Assembly: GCA_002104905.1 (NCBI GenBank)
Contig: MCFE01000572.1
Location: 1-56,856 of the forward strand
DNA length: 56,856 nucleotides
Direction of reading: 5' to 3'
Origin: Basidiobolus meristosporus CBS 931.73
Taxonomy: Eukaryota; Fungi; Basidiobolomycota
Below, piece by piece: positions 12,248 to 22,759 of the stretch; the first letter of the stretch is position 1; each line of letters begins with the position of its first letter. The notes under the pieces were generated by a model. That model was not told the DNA's origin. It saw nothing but the letters and a program-made list of their open reading frames with translations, and made no database searches. A program made the translations under genes and the position numbers.

Positions 12248-12853
12248 TGTAGTGGGGTCACAGTGACACCCACAGGCAGATGTGCTCATTCCCATACATT
12301 CACTTCCCTGAAAAGGATTACCCCCCCTATATTGGTATCATCCCAAATTGCAATATTTTCTATTCTGTCTATGTTATTATTACTATGCAACCTGACAAAC
12401 TATTTGTCACTATTAACCCATTGCACAAGCTATTCCTATTCCTTGCTAAGATGCCAAGATAAGATAGTTACCATAAAAGGCAAGTACCCCCAACAGTGCC
12501 CATGTCATGTGACCATCTTGGTTTCATAACCCTCCTATCCTACTACCATAAGAGGCAACTACATGACACAGGGGTTTCACATTACCACTACCTGATTGGC
12601 TAGGTGCTACTATGTCTCATGGAACAATCTGCCAAGAATTTGCACTATTTTTAGTACACAATGACATGATTGGCTGTCTACTACCTTCTGGAAACTTCTG
12701 GAAAGTATTTTCTAGCAAGAATTTGAGCAGCAAAAAAAAGTATATAAGGGAAGCTATCCTTTAAAATAAATCATCCCTCTGCCAATATTCCGACTTATTG
12801 ATTAGTGAGATCACCGCTGCCTATTACCATTATTCTCTGACTCAGGCCCAACA
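12248..12853 (+). repeat. Putative solo LTR of an unidentified family
   Basis: TG...CA, ~600 bp, interrupts the start of the copy-A transposase; colinear similarity with 53024-53619; no TSD seen. Confidence 0.45.
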
Positions 12854-14626
12854 ATACTCCCAGGAAACCGCGCTGACAGCCAACTGACCTTGGAGGCACT
12901 ACTTGTGAGGAATACTCAGAGTAGGTATATTTTATTATATTTGTTTGTTTTCCCAAGTTTGTTCTTGTATAGGCAAAGATACTTTTCAGTCTTTGTAACT
13001 ATTGGTCAAAGCTGCATTCTTATCAAGTCCCTGTTGGTGGAGTTTACAGTTGTTTTGACTTTGGAAGCTTTAGAACATTGTCATCTCAAAGGACATTGAA
13101 GCTATTATAAACTTTTGTTAAGACGCCAACTAAGTTGGGGATTGTAGTTCAATAGTTTTCCCTTGACAAGCTTGAGGCTTTATCCCCCTTCACATTAGAT
13201 TAGACAAAAGACCCAGTATTCCTAGCAAGCTTCTGCCAGAGGTTATTGCACCCAGTGAACACCCCACATACATTCACACTTGAGAAGTGTTGGCCGTATT
13301 TTGCCCTTTGGACTTATACACCACCACAATGCCGTAAGAGAAGAGAAAAAAGACCATGTGGCTATTATGGCAAGCCTCTCAGCCATGAAGCACGCAGACA
13401 GCATAGGAAGTATTACAAGGATCATGGCCAGTGTTTTGCCACCCAAGTCATATTTGACCATTCATTGGTCACTACTGTACCAACATTATCTTGCCGGCCA
13501 GTTGATACTTCTATATTGGCACCTGGCCATCTTTGTCACCTTGCGCAAACTGAGTCAGGTGAGTTTGTGACACCTTTAGGCTCACCTCAGCCTTCTGAAT
13601 ATGGCACGCAGAGTGATAGCTCTGACAAAGAAGGTTCACTGATGGATTTTGAGCCAATCTCCCCTAACAACAGTACCACATATGAGCCTGGTCAAATCCC
13701 TATATGCATTGAGACAACACCTGTTGAGACAAATGCCAAGGATACTTTATGGAGCCAAGTGAGCCCAGTAATGCATCTACTGGTGAATGATGTGATGTTG
13801 TGGCTAGAGAAGTGGCGCGTTTCCACTAATATCAGTAATGGGGGCTTTGAGGATTTATTACTACTTCTTGCCAAAAGCATACCGGGATGCAATTTACCAT
13901 GTACATAGTACAAGTGGACAACTGTCATGCGGCCGTCAACATATGATCCAGAGACTCTCCTGATTCCAGCATGTGTTAACAGTTGCATGGCATTCACATC
14001 CAAAAATGCTACCATTGCAACATGTCCAAATTGTCAGGAATCCACCACAATTGAGGGAAAACATTGTTCACACTTGGGATATATTCTGGTCATACCCTGT
14101 CTGAGGAAGCTGATGCAGTCCAACAAATATTGCAAAGCTATACAGCACTGCACTTAGTATCAATCAATCACAAGCTTATCCAATAAATTTGATGGCAAAC
14201 ATTACAGACAGCTAAGAAGCAAGGGCTACTTTGAAGGTATGTATGGCCATGCCTTTGATTTAGCACTTGATGAATTCTCATTAAACAAGTACTCTATCAG
14301 CAAATCCTGCTGGCCACTGATTCTCATCATTCTGAATCTGCCACCCATCTTACGGTATCAGAGCAATAATCCAATGGTAGTCCCACTGGTATCTGGGCCT
14401 AAATCACTGTCCAACCTGGATAGCTACCTGTATCCATTGCTGAATGAATTTTGTATGCTTTCCAGTGGGATAATGGTAAATGGCCATCATGTAAAAGCGC
14501 ATATTATTATCTGCATTGGAGATACCCCAGCCATCAGCAAGATAGCAAGTTTTTCCGGGTGCAATGGATGGTATTGCTGTTGAATGTGTGAGATTGAGGG
14601 GATTTACTCCATAACTCATACACATT

Positions 14627-15360
14627 AGACTTGTTCCGTTGGATAGTGCCACATTGAGCCATGAGTGCCAAATGATGCCACAGTGTGCCAGGGAGGCCAA
14701 GTGAACCTATACTTGGCCACAGAGTGTGAAACACAGCTCTGCATCTTCATGCAAAGCAGCCCCTGTGTTTCACCCATTGAGCTGGAGAAAATCCATTTTT
14801 TGACCTTTTTTTTTTGATCAATGTTGTGCAGGATGTGTAAGAGCACAAAAAGATATAAGACATGCATTGGGTACTCAATACCCATGGCACTCTGAATCTA
14901 GCTCCTGTAGCTTGTATCATGTCACAAAAATGAATGGCACTATGTTGGTCCACTGGTACTATCTGGCACTATGTTTAAATATTAGCCCTAAAGTGAAACC
15001 TATATAAAGCACTTATAGTGCCAGATAGTACCAGTGGACCAACATAGTGCCATTCATTTTTGTGACAGGATACAAGCTACAGGAGCTAGATTCAGAGTGC
15101 CATGGGTATTGAGTATCAGATGCATGTCTTCAGTCCTTCTGTGCTCTCACACATCCTGAACAATGTTGATCCAAAAAAAAAGGTCAAAAAATGGATTTTC
15201 TCCAGCACAATAGGTGAAACACAGGGGCTGCTTTGCATGAAGATGCAGAGCTGTGTTTCACACTCTGCGGCCAAGTATAGGCTCACTTGGCCTCCCTGGG
15301 ACACTATGGCATTATTTGGCACTCATGGCTCAATGTGGCACTATCCAACGGAACAAGTCT
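14627..15360. mobile_element. Fold-back MITE of the AGACTTGTTCC (PHIS) family, 734 bp
   Basis: TIR AGACTTGTTCCGTTGGATAGTGCC; inverted arms 14627-14972 and 15015-15360 around a 42-bp spacer; TSD ATT on both sides. Confidence 0.95.
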
Positions 15361-17537
15361 ATTATTATTACCCAAACACCAGCACTAAAAACATCATCTT
15401 TCCACAGAGAGAACATACAGAAGTAAGCATGCAATTGCAGCAAAGTTGGCAAGCTATAAGCCATTGGCCGGAATATGGAATCAATCAGAAACCGGATATA
15501 CTTAAGATAGAGGGTCTCTGTTGGAGCAAAAGCTTTCCACTGGGAGCAATGCATTTGCTTTTCAACAATTTCCCTATACTGATGACCAAGTAGTACAAGG
15601 GGCATTTCAAGCTAAATGAGCCCTGTGAGATGCCGGAGAAATTTAAAAAAATTGGTAAGATATTACAGAGTATCCACTACCCAAAGTACTTCTCATGGGC
15701 TCCAATCAATATTCATATGCATATGCAACAATACAATTGCAAAGACTGGATGAACTGGATATGTATTTATTCAAGTGGTGTTCTGAAGCCATTCCTACCA
15801 AGAGTACATTGGAAGCATTGGGAGTTATATGTGGACATTGTAGGAATATTTATCCAGAAGCAGATCACCAATGACAACTTGACGCATCTACAGCTGTTGC
15901 GTGAGGAGTTTGGGACAGGATTTGAGCGGCTATACTACAAACATAAAGCTGAACATGTAGATCTCTGCCACTACTGTATCCATTCTCTACTCCATCTTAC
16001 ACAGTGTGTTGAGAGTATTGGGCCTTGCTTCACCTTTTGGGAGTTTCCTATGGAGTAAATGTGTGGGGAGATAAGAAGACAAGTCAAGTTGCAGGTACTG
16101 CTCTATCCTAGTCTCATTAGGTATAATACCTTCAAGTCCATCCTGGATATGATGAGTTGGCACATGGATGACAGCAAGGAAGAGTTGTAAGTACTGAGGT
16201 CAGATGTGCACTTGAAAACACCTATGCTGATGGCATTAAGAAGCTAAGCAGCCCCCATGCAAGGGTAATCAGTGTTGTGCATCAACACCTAAAACTTAGC
16301 AAATTTCACTCCATAAGAAAATCTAGTACCCAACTGCTTTTCTCAACCTGCACATAAGTAATCCCTGTTATGGTTTATTTTATCACTTCTCAGAATCTTT
16401 TTTAGCTGTCACTCTTGATCAATTTTTGTGTGGTATATACATCCTCAACTGAACTGCTAAGCCTTTCCAAATGATTAGACTTCCGAGATCTATCCAACCA
16501 CTTTGCAGTTGCCAAGACATCAGCTGATTAATGATGCAAAATTTCATTTATCTTATGCATCTATCAACATCCCAGCAGATTTCAATTAGTACAGTCTCTT
16601 GGTGCTTACTAATTCAGCTTGATCAGAAAAGTATAGATAAAACACTTGTTCCATCATACCGTGCCAAGGCACGCGGCGCAATCTGCGGTCGTAAAGAACG
16701 ATTGGCGCAATATTATAGCTACCAGAAGGCAGGATTGTTCTTGGACAATTTTGCACTATGCGGAACGATCTTGCACACTATGGCACAATCTGACACAATG
16801 AGGTTGGCGCAGATGATTGCGCCAACTTGTAATGTTTGCATCACGTGCGCAATTGGATACCGCTATAATGGCAGGTAAAATCCGGTATTTGGATATGTTT
16901 CTTTAATGTAAATGGAAATAAATGTGTATCACACTATAAACTACACTGATACTTACCATTTTGGTTACCCTCACTCCAATTGGACGGTATCTCAGTGGTT
17001 AATTGGTCCAAAAGTATCCTGAAGCTGGCAGCCCCCAATTGGCTCATTGACTACTGAAAAAGCTACCCGATTTGCCATCAAATATCCCATTTTGCCCATT
17101 GAGCATGTAAATCCCTGATCCTAGTGATTGGACAAGGTGTCATAGCTAGTACGCAAGCAATTGTGTAGGTGCAAAACAGATCCAATAGCTGCACTGGTAT
17201 TACAGATGACGTATATATATGCAGGGTGTTTATTTATAGGGGTTCTGTCTCAAATGTGAGACGACCTTGATATTACTTATATCAAAAATTTGATGATCAC
17301 TGATTTGCAATGGCTCAATTTGGATTGCAAAAAAAAAGGGTTGTCTGGATCATTAGACTTGTTCTGTTGGATAGTGCCACATAGTGCCAGCCTGTTTATA
17401 GTGCCGGATCGATCTGGCACTCTACGGCACCATCTGGCACTATAATTTCTACCATGATGCCAGTGGTATGATACAGTTACTGGTAATTTTACTCAATCTT
17501 ACTTATGTTGCTCAGAATAGTGCTTTCCTTGCTTTAT

Positions 17538-18464
17538 TTACTCTTCATAATGCTCCAGACACATTTCTCTCAGTGGATGTCTTCTTGTATGAACATACTG
17601 TGCATTAATAAGTATCTTAACTATTTTACCTATTCTGCTGTTTTCTCCTACATATGACTTCCCTCTGTATTTACCTGCCAATATGCTGAATCTCTTCAGA
17701 TATCCAAATGTGTGCTCTACCCTTACTCTGAAATGATTAAATATCTCATTGTAGAGCTTCTGCTTCCTGCTAAGCACACCATTCCTTGGCTTCCTATAAG
17801 CTGTAATACATCCTAATCTCTGACAATCCTCTCCTATATAGGCTAAGTCTGCCATACATTTCTCCCCTCTACTGAATTCAGGATGATTCTCTACCCAGAG
17901 TGCTTTGTCATGCCTACTTCCAGCAAATGGCCCACTAAACCAGATGATATTACCCTCAATGTCAGACAGTGCTTGAAACTTCACACAGTGTGCCTTGTAC
18001 TTGCCAGAATAAAAGTGCCTCTGCCCTCTAGAAGGTCTGTTAATCCTCACTGGGAAGGTATCCAAAATACTCCTGATATGGAACCTGTTGCTGAACACTC
18101 TGGGATATGGAAGTCTATTGGAGCTTCTGAACCTAGTATTCCAAGCTTGCTCTAAGTCATTCATACCCTCTGCAAGGTGGTTCTCCATTACTGTCAGCTG
18201 GGAATGAAAGCTTCTAGGACTTTTGTTGCCATGGATGGTGGGATGAAACCTTGTGGGGCAATAGTTCTTGTAATAGCAGAGAAGCTTAACAAGGGATCTC
18301 CTTGAGTAGATTGGGGTTGATGGTCCACAGTACTTGGTATAGATCTCCTCCAGTGTGTCAAAAGGAAATCCAGTAGTAGTGATGGGATTGATGAGAAAAG
18401 ACCATTCAGATGAGTAAGTCATATTAAAATTGATGGATGATTGTATGGAGGCGGTTTGAATCAA
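17538..18464 (-). CDS. DDE_Tnp_4-type (PIF/Harbinger/IS5-ISL2-like) transposase, apparently intact; likely ATG at 18422
   Basis: ILDTFP (D), FYSGKYKAHCVKFQ, GPFAGSRHD, CMADLAYIG (D), RVRVEHTFGYLKRFSIL (E); N-terminal region positioned like an HTH. Confidence 0.9.
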   Translation of the reverse strand: MIQTASIQSSINFNMTYSSEWSFLINPITTTGFPFDTLEEIYTKYCGPSTPIYSRRSLVKLLCYYKNYCPTRFHPTIHGNKSPRSFHSQLTVMENHLAEGMNDLEQAWNTRFRSSNRLPYPRVFSNRFHIRSILDTFPVRINRPSRGQRHFYSGKYKAHCVKFQALSDIEGNIIWFSGPFAGSRHDKALWVENHPEFSRGEKCMADLAYIGEDCQRLGCITAYRKPRNGVLSRKQKLYNEIFNHFRVRVEHTFGYLKRFSILAGKYRGKSYVGENSRIGKIVKILINAQYVHTRRHPLREMCLEHYEE

Positions 18465-18874
18465 TTTGGCACGATCTGCGTTATTTATCTGATTTTTAAC
18501 ACATTTTGGTTAAATCTCCATCAATTGCCATGTATCCCATCATTATGTCGCAAAAATCATCCGCAAACAATGCCTTGGTACTCTTATTGATGGTTTAATC
18601 ATAGGTCTATAATCAAATAGGAAATCTGCAATTGATGTGATCTGATCCGTGTCAACACAATCCAAGATGCATCATGCATAATATATGGAAAATTCAACAA
18701 TCACTTTAGTTTTCATATATATTTCATATAAGACCAGGTTGATGCCAATATACTGCTGTATAAGTATCCAAATCTGTTGCTATGGTCCCCATACCAAGCC
18801 TCAACTCATCTTTAGTACAACCCAGACAAAACCCATCCCCCAGCTCACAAGCGCGGTCCGGACTGGAAAAGTCT

Positions 18875-20039
18875 ATGTCGGATCCGTTTGAGTTCTCGCC
18901 AAATGATTTTAGTATAGCCCAAGTGTCTATGATGAGCCTTCATACAGATATTTGGGCACTACTGATTAATCTAGCAGAACTAGATACCTCAGAGAGTTGA
19001 CAAAGATGGAAGAATTTGAGTAGAAAGCTGTGGCATGAGTTCTACATCAAGATGCCAGCCAATGTATGTAAAAAGATATATAACAAGACAAGTATTGAAA
19101 TCAAGAATGAGCTGAGAGTGAGGGGATTTGACAAAGAAGCCGCGCAGGAACAATTTCGCGCGCAATTTGCACAGTACAGGCCGGACGCGTCCGTTTGTGC
19201 CTCAACTTTGGGAACCAAAGAGATTTTGAATGAGTTTTTGCCTCAAATGACTAATGTACTACGTGATATATTAGTAGAGCTAAGTGGCTTCCAAGAGCAA
19301 TATACACAGGACTCATCCAGGCAACAGCTCCAAAGTATCAGACAGAGGGTAAGTGAATACCTTGAGGAATCAGATGGTGAGCTTCAGGAGGAAGAATACA
19401 GACCGCGAGCAACATTGTCCAGATCGCGCCAGCACGCCTTGCTGGATTCCCTACCATCTCTTGCAACCACAGCGCGCCGGCGCACGTCAGTCCAGAGTAT
19501 GCCAACACCCTTTACCACCCCGCGTCAAGTCAACGCGCATTGAGTCAACCCGCGTCAGGTCAACGCGCGCGCTTCAGAGCAAAACTACGAGAACTCGCCA
19601 AACTGCTCATTTAGACACAAGTCCATTGGAGCGGACCGAGTCGCGTCAACATGCAGCATCACATCGAACTCAGCCAAGGGCCATCTCAACGCGTCAAGCC
19701 GCGCCTGCGCGTGCCGTCTTGCCTGACCATCAGCGAGTTACTTCTGGTGAACTGACTGATGATGACCAACATGAAGTGCCTCAACCACCGGAGCCTTTGG
19801 CAAGTAAAAGAACGCGTCAGCGCGTGGCACTACAGGCCAGTTCAGTTGGTTCAGTCGGAGCGATTCAGCGTGGCCAAGCTGCAGCATCGCACTCATCAAC
19901 TAGGAGGCAAAATACTGACTACAAATACACAAGTAGCCAAGATGATAGTCAGCCAGGAAGTAGTATAGGCGTGCAAAGTGAGTCACTACCAAATGCTTCA
20001 GTAGTAATCCCTGTGAGAAAAAAACCCAGGAGAAGATGA
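18875..20039 (+). pseudogene. ORF2 (accessory, putative DNA-binding) of the PHIS element; one in-frame TGA and one frameshift
   Basis: 18782-19000 and 19016-19543 are the same frame across TGA 18998-19000; frameshift near 19520 bridged by copy 2; ends VRKKPRRR (NLS-like). Confidence 0.7.
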
Positions 20040-20814
20040 TGCGATCGCTTTGAATCGCTCACATTAGTAATGATCCCAACAACCCTTTTTTTTTGCGATC
20101 CAAATCGAGCCATTGCAAATCAGTGATCATCAAATTTTTGATATAAGTAATATCAAGGTCGTCTCACATTTGAGACAGAACCCCTATAAATAAACACCCT
20201 GCATATATATACGTCATCTGTACTACCAGTGCAGCTATTGGATCTGTTTTGCACCTACACGATTGCTTGCGTGCTAGCTATGACACCTTGTCCAATCACT
20301 AGGATCAGGGATTTACTTGCTCAATGGGCAAAATGGGATATTTAATGGCAAATCAGGTAGCTTTTTCAGTAGTCAATGAGCCAATTGGGGGCTGCCAGCT
20401 TCAGGATACTTTTGGACCAATTAACCACTGAGATACCGTCCAATTGGAGTGAGGGTAACCAAAATGGTAAGTATCAGTGTAGTTTATAGTGTGATACACA
20501 TTTATTTCCATTTACATTAAAGAAACATATCCAAATACCGGATTTTACCTGCCATTATAGCGGTATCCGATTGCGCACGTGATGCAAACATTACAAGTTG
20601 GCGCAATCATCCGCGCCAACCTCATCGTGTCAGATTGTGCCATAGTGTGCAAGATTGTCCCGCATAGTGCGAAATCGTCCAAGAACGATCCTGCCTTCTG
20701 GTAGCTATAATATCGCGCCCAATTGTTCTTTGCAACCGCGGATCGCGCCGCGCGCCCTGGCATGGTACAATGGAACAAGTCTATTACAAATGTGAGCAAT
20801 TCAAAGCAATTGCA

Positions 20815-21960
20815 TCATCTTCTCCTGGGTTTTTTTCTCACAGGGATTACTACTGAAGCATTTGGTAGTGACTCACTTTGCACACCTATACTACTTCCTG
20901 GCTGACTATCATCTTGTCTACTTGGGTATTTGTAGTCAGTATTTTGCCTCCTAGTTGATGAGTGCGATGCTGCAGCTTGGCCGCGCTGAATTGCTCCAAC
21001 TGAACCGGCCTGTAGTGTCACGCGCCAACACGTTCTTTTACTTGCTAAGGGCTCCGGTGGTTGAGGCACTTCATGTTGGTCATCATCAGTCAGTTCACCA
21101 GAAGTAACTCGCTGATGGTCAGGCAAAACGGCACGCGTAGGTGCGCCTTGACGCATTGAGATGGCCCTTGGCTGAGTTTGATGTGATGCTGCATGCTGAC
21201 GCAACTTGGTCCGCTCCAATGGACTCGTGTCTAAATGAGCAGTTTGGTGAGTTCTTGTAGTTTTGCTTTGAAGCGCGCGCGTTGACCCAACACGCATTGA
21301 CTCAATGCGGGGCGTTCTGGTAAAGGGTGTTGGCGTGGTCTGGACTGACGTGCGCCGGCGCGCTGTGGTTGCAAGAGATGGTAGGGAATCCAGCAAGGCG
21401 TGCTGGCGCATTCTGGACAGTGTTGCTTGCGGTCTGTATTCTTCCTCCTGAAGCTAATCATCTGATTCCTCAAGGTATTTGCTTACCCTCTGTTGGATAC
21501 TTTGGAGCTGTTGCCTGGATGAGTCCTGTGTATATTGCTCTCGGAAGCCACTTAGCTCTACTAATATATCATGTAGTACATTAGTCAGTTGAGGCAAAAA
21601 CTCATTCAAAATCTCTTTGGTTCCCAAAGTTGAGGCACAAACGGACGCGTCCGGCCCGTACTGTGCAAATTGCGCGTGAAATTGTTCCTGCGCGGCTTCT
21701 TTGTCAAATCCCCTCACTCTCAGCTCATTCTTGATTTCAATACTTGTCTTGTTATATATCTTTTTACATACATTGGCTGGCATCTTGATGTAGAACTCAT
21801 GCCACAGCTTTCTACTCAAATTCTTCCATCTTTGTCAACTCTCTGAGGTATCTAGTTCTGCTAGATTAATCAGTAGTGCCCAAATATCTGTATGAAGGCT
21901 CATCATAGACACTTGGGCCATACTAAAATCATTTGGCAAGAACTCAAACAGATCCAACAT
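20815..21960 (-). pseudogene. ORF2 of PHIS copy 2
   Basis: ORFs 21835-22053, 21454-21819, 20815-21411 near-identical to copy-1 ORF2; same TGA plus an additional TAG. Confidence 0.7.
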
Positions 21961-22223
21961 TGACTTTTCCAGTCCGGACCGCGCTTGTGAGCTGGGGGAT
22001 GGGTTTTGTCTGGGTTGTACTAAAGATGAGTTGAGGCTTGGTATGGGGACCATAGCAACAGATTTGGATACTTATACAGCAGTATATTGGCATCAACCTG
22101 GTCTTATATGAAATATATATGAAAACTAATGTGATTGTTGAATTTTCCATATATTATGCATGATGCATCTCAGATTGCGTTGTCACGGATCAGATCACAT
22201 CAATAGCAGATTTCCTATATTTA

Positions 22224-22759
22224 GGAGTATTTTGGATACCTTCCCAGTGAGGATTAACAGACCTTCTAGAGGGCAGAGGCACTTTTATTCTGGCAAGTAC
22301 AAGGCACACTGTGTGAAGTTTCAAGCACTGTCTGACATTGAGGGTAATATCATCTGGTTTAGTGGGCCATTTGCTGGAAGTAGGCATGACAAAGCACTCT
22401 GGGTAGAGAATCATCCTGAATTCAGTAGAGGGGAGAAATGTATGGCAGACTTAGCCTATATAGGAGAGGATTGTCAGAGATTAGGATGTATTACAGCTTA
22501 TAGGAAGCCAAGGAATGGTGTGCTTAGCAGGAAGCAGAAGCTCTACAATGAGATATTTAATCATTTCAGAGTAAGGGTAGAGCACACATTTGGATATCTG
22601 AAGAGATTCAGCATATTGGCAGGTAAATACAGAGGGAAGTCATATGTAGGAGAAAACAGCAGAATAGGTAAAATAGTTAAGATACTTATTAATGCACAGT
22701 ATGTTCATACAAGAAGACATCCACTGAGAGAAATGTGTCTGGAGCATTATGAAGAGTAA
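22224..22759 (+). pseudogene. 5'-truncated DDE transposase of PHIS copy 2
   Basis: Same protein as 17538-18074 from SILDTFP onward; N-terminus and intergenic region removed by a ~540-bp deletion. Confidence 0.9.

Larger units (their letters stand above)
12221..16270 (+). pseudogene. Tnp2/Transposase_21-like (EnSpm/CACTA) transposase, disrupted
   Basis: WPLILIILNLPP.LRY, VSGPKS..NLDSYLYPLL.E, IGDTPAISK...FSG.NG.YCC.MC.I.G, MHLLFNN, HLTQCVESIGPCFTFWEFPME; interrupted at ~12248-13320 and 14627-15360. Confidence 0.85.
17355..20782 (+). mobile_element. PHIS (PIF/Harbinger/ISL2EU-like) transposon copy 1, full length 3428 bp
   Basis: TIRs AGACTTGTTC(C); TSD ATT (17352-17354, 20783-20785); divergent DDE transposase and ORF2. 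Confidence 0.93.

Noticed and set aside
14624-15363. TA target duplication (Tc1/mariner or Stowaway-like MITE)
   Set aside because: The three flanking bases match left and right in all six complete elements (ATT four times, AAT, AAA); the AAA case has no left TA; the transposase is not DD34D/E type.
14625-15605. Recurrent ORFs (MGIEYQMHVF..., MKMQSCVSHS...) seen on both strands and in several places
   Set aside because: They lie in the palindromic MITE arms; recurrence is due to the repeat and frames are not conserved between copies.
17538-18464. Bacterial IS5 contamination
   Set aside because: Embedded in eukaryotic retroelement nests, has a second ORF and MITE derivatives, and shows the same CpG decay.
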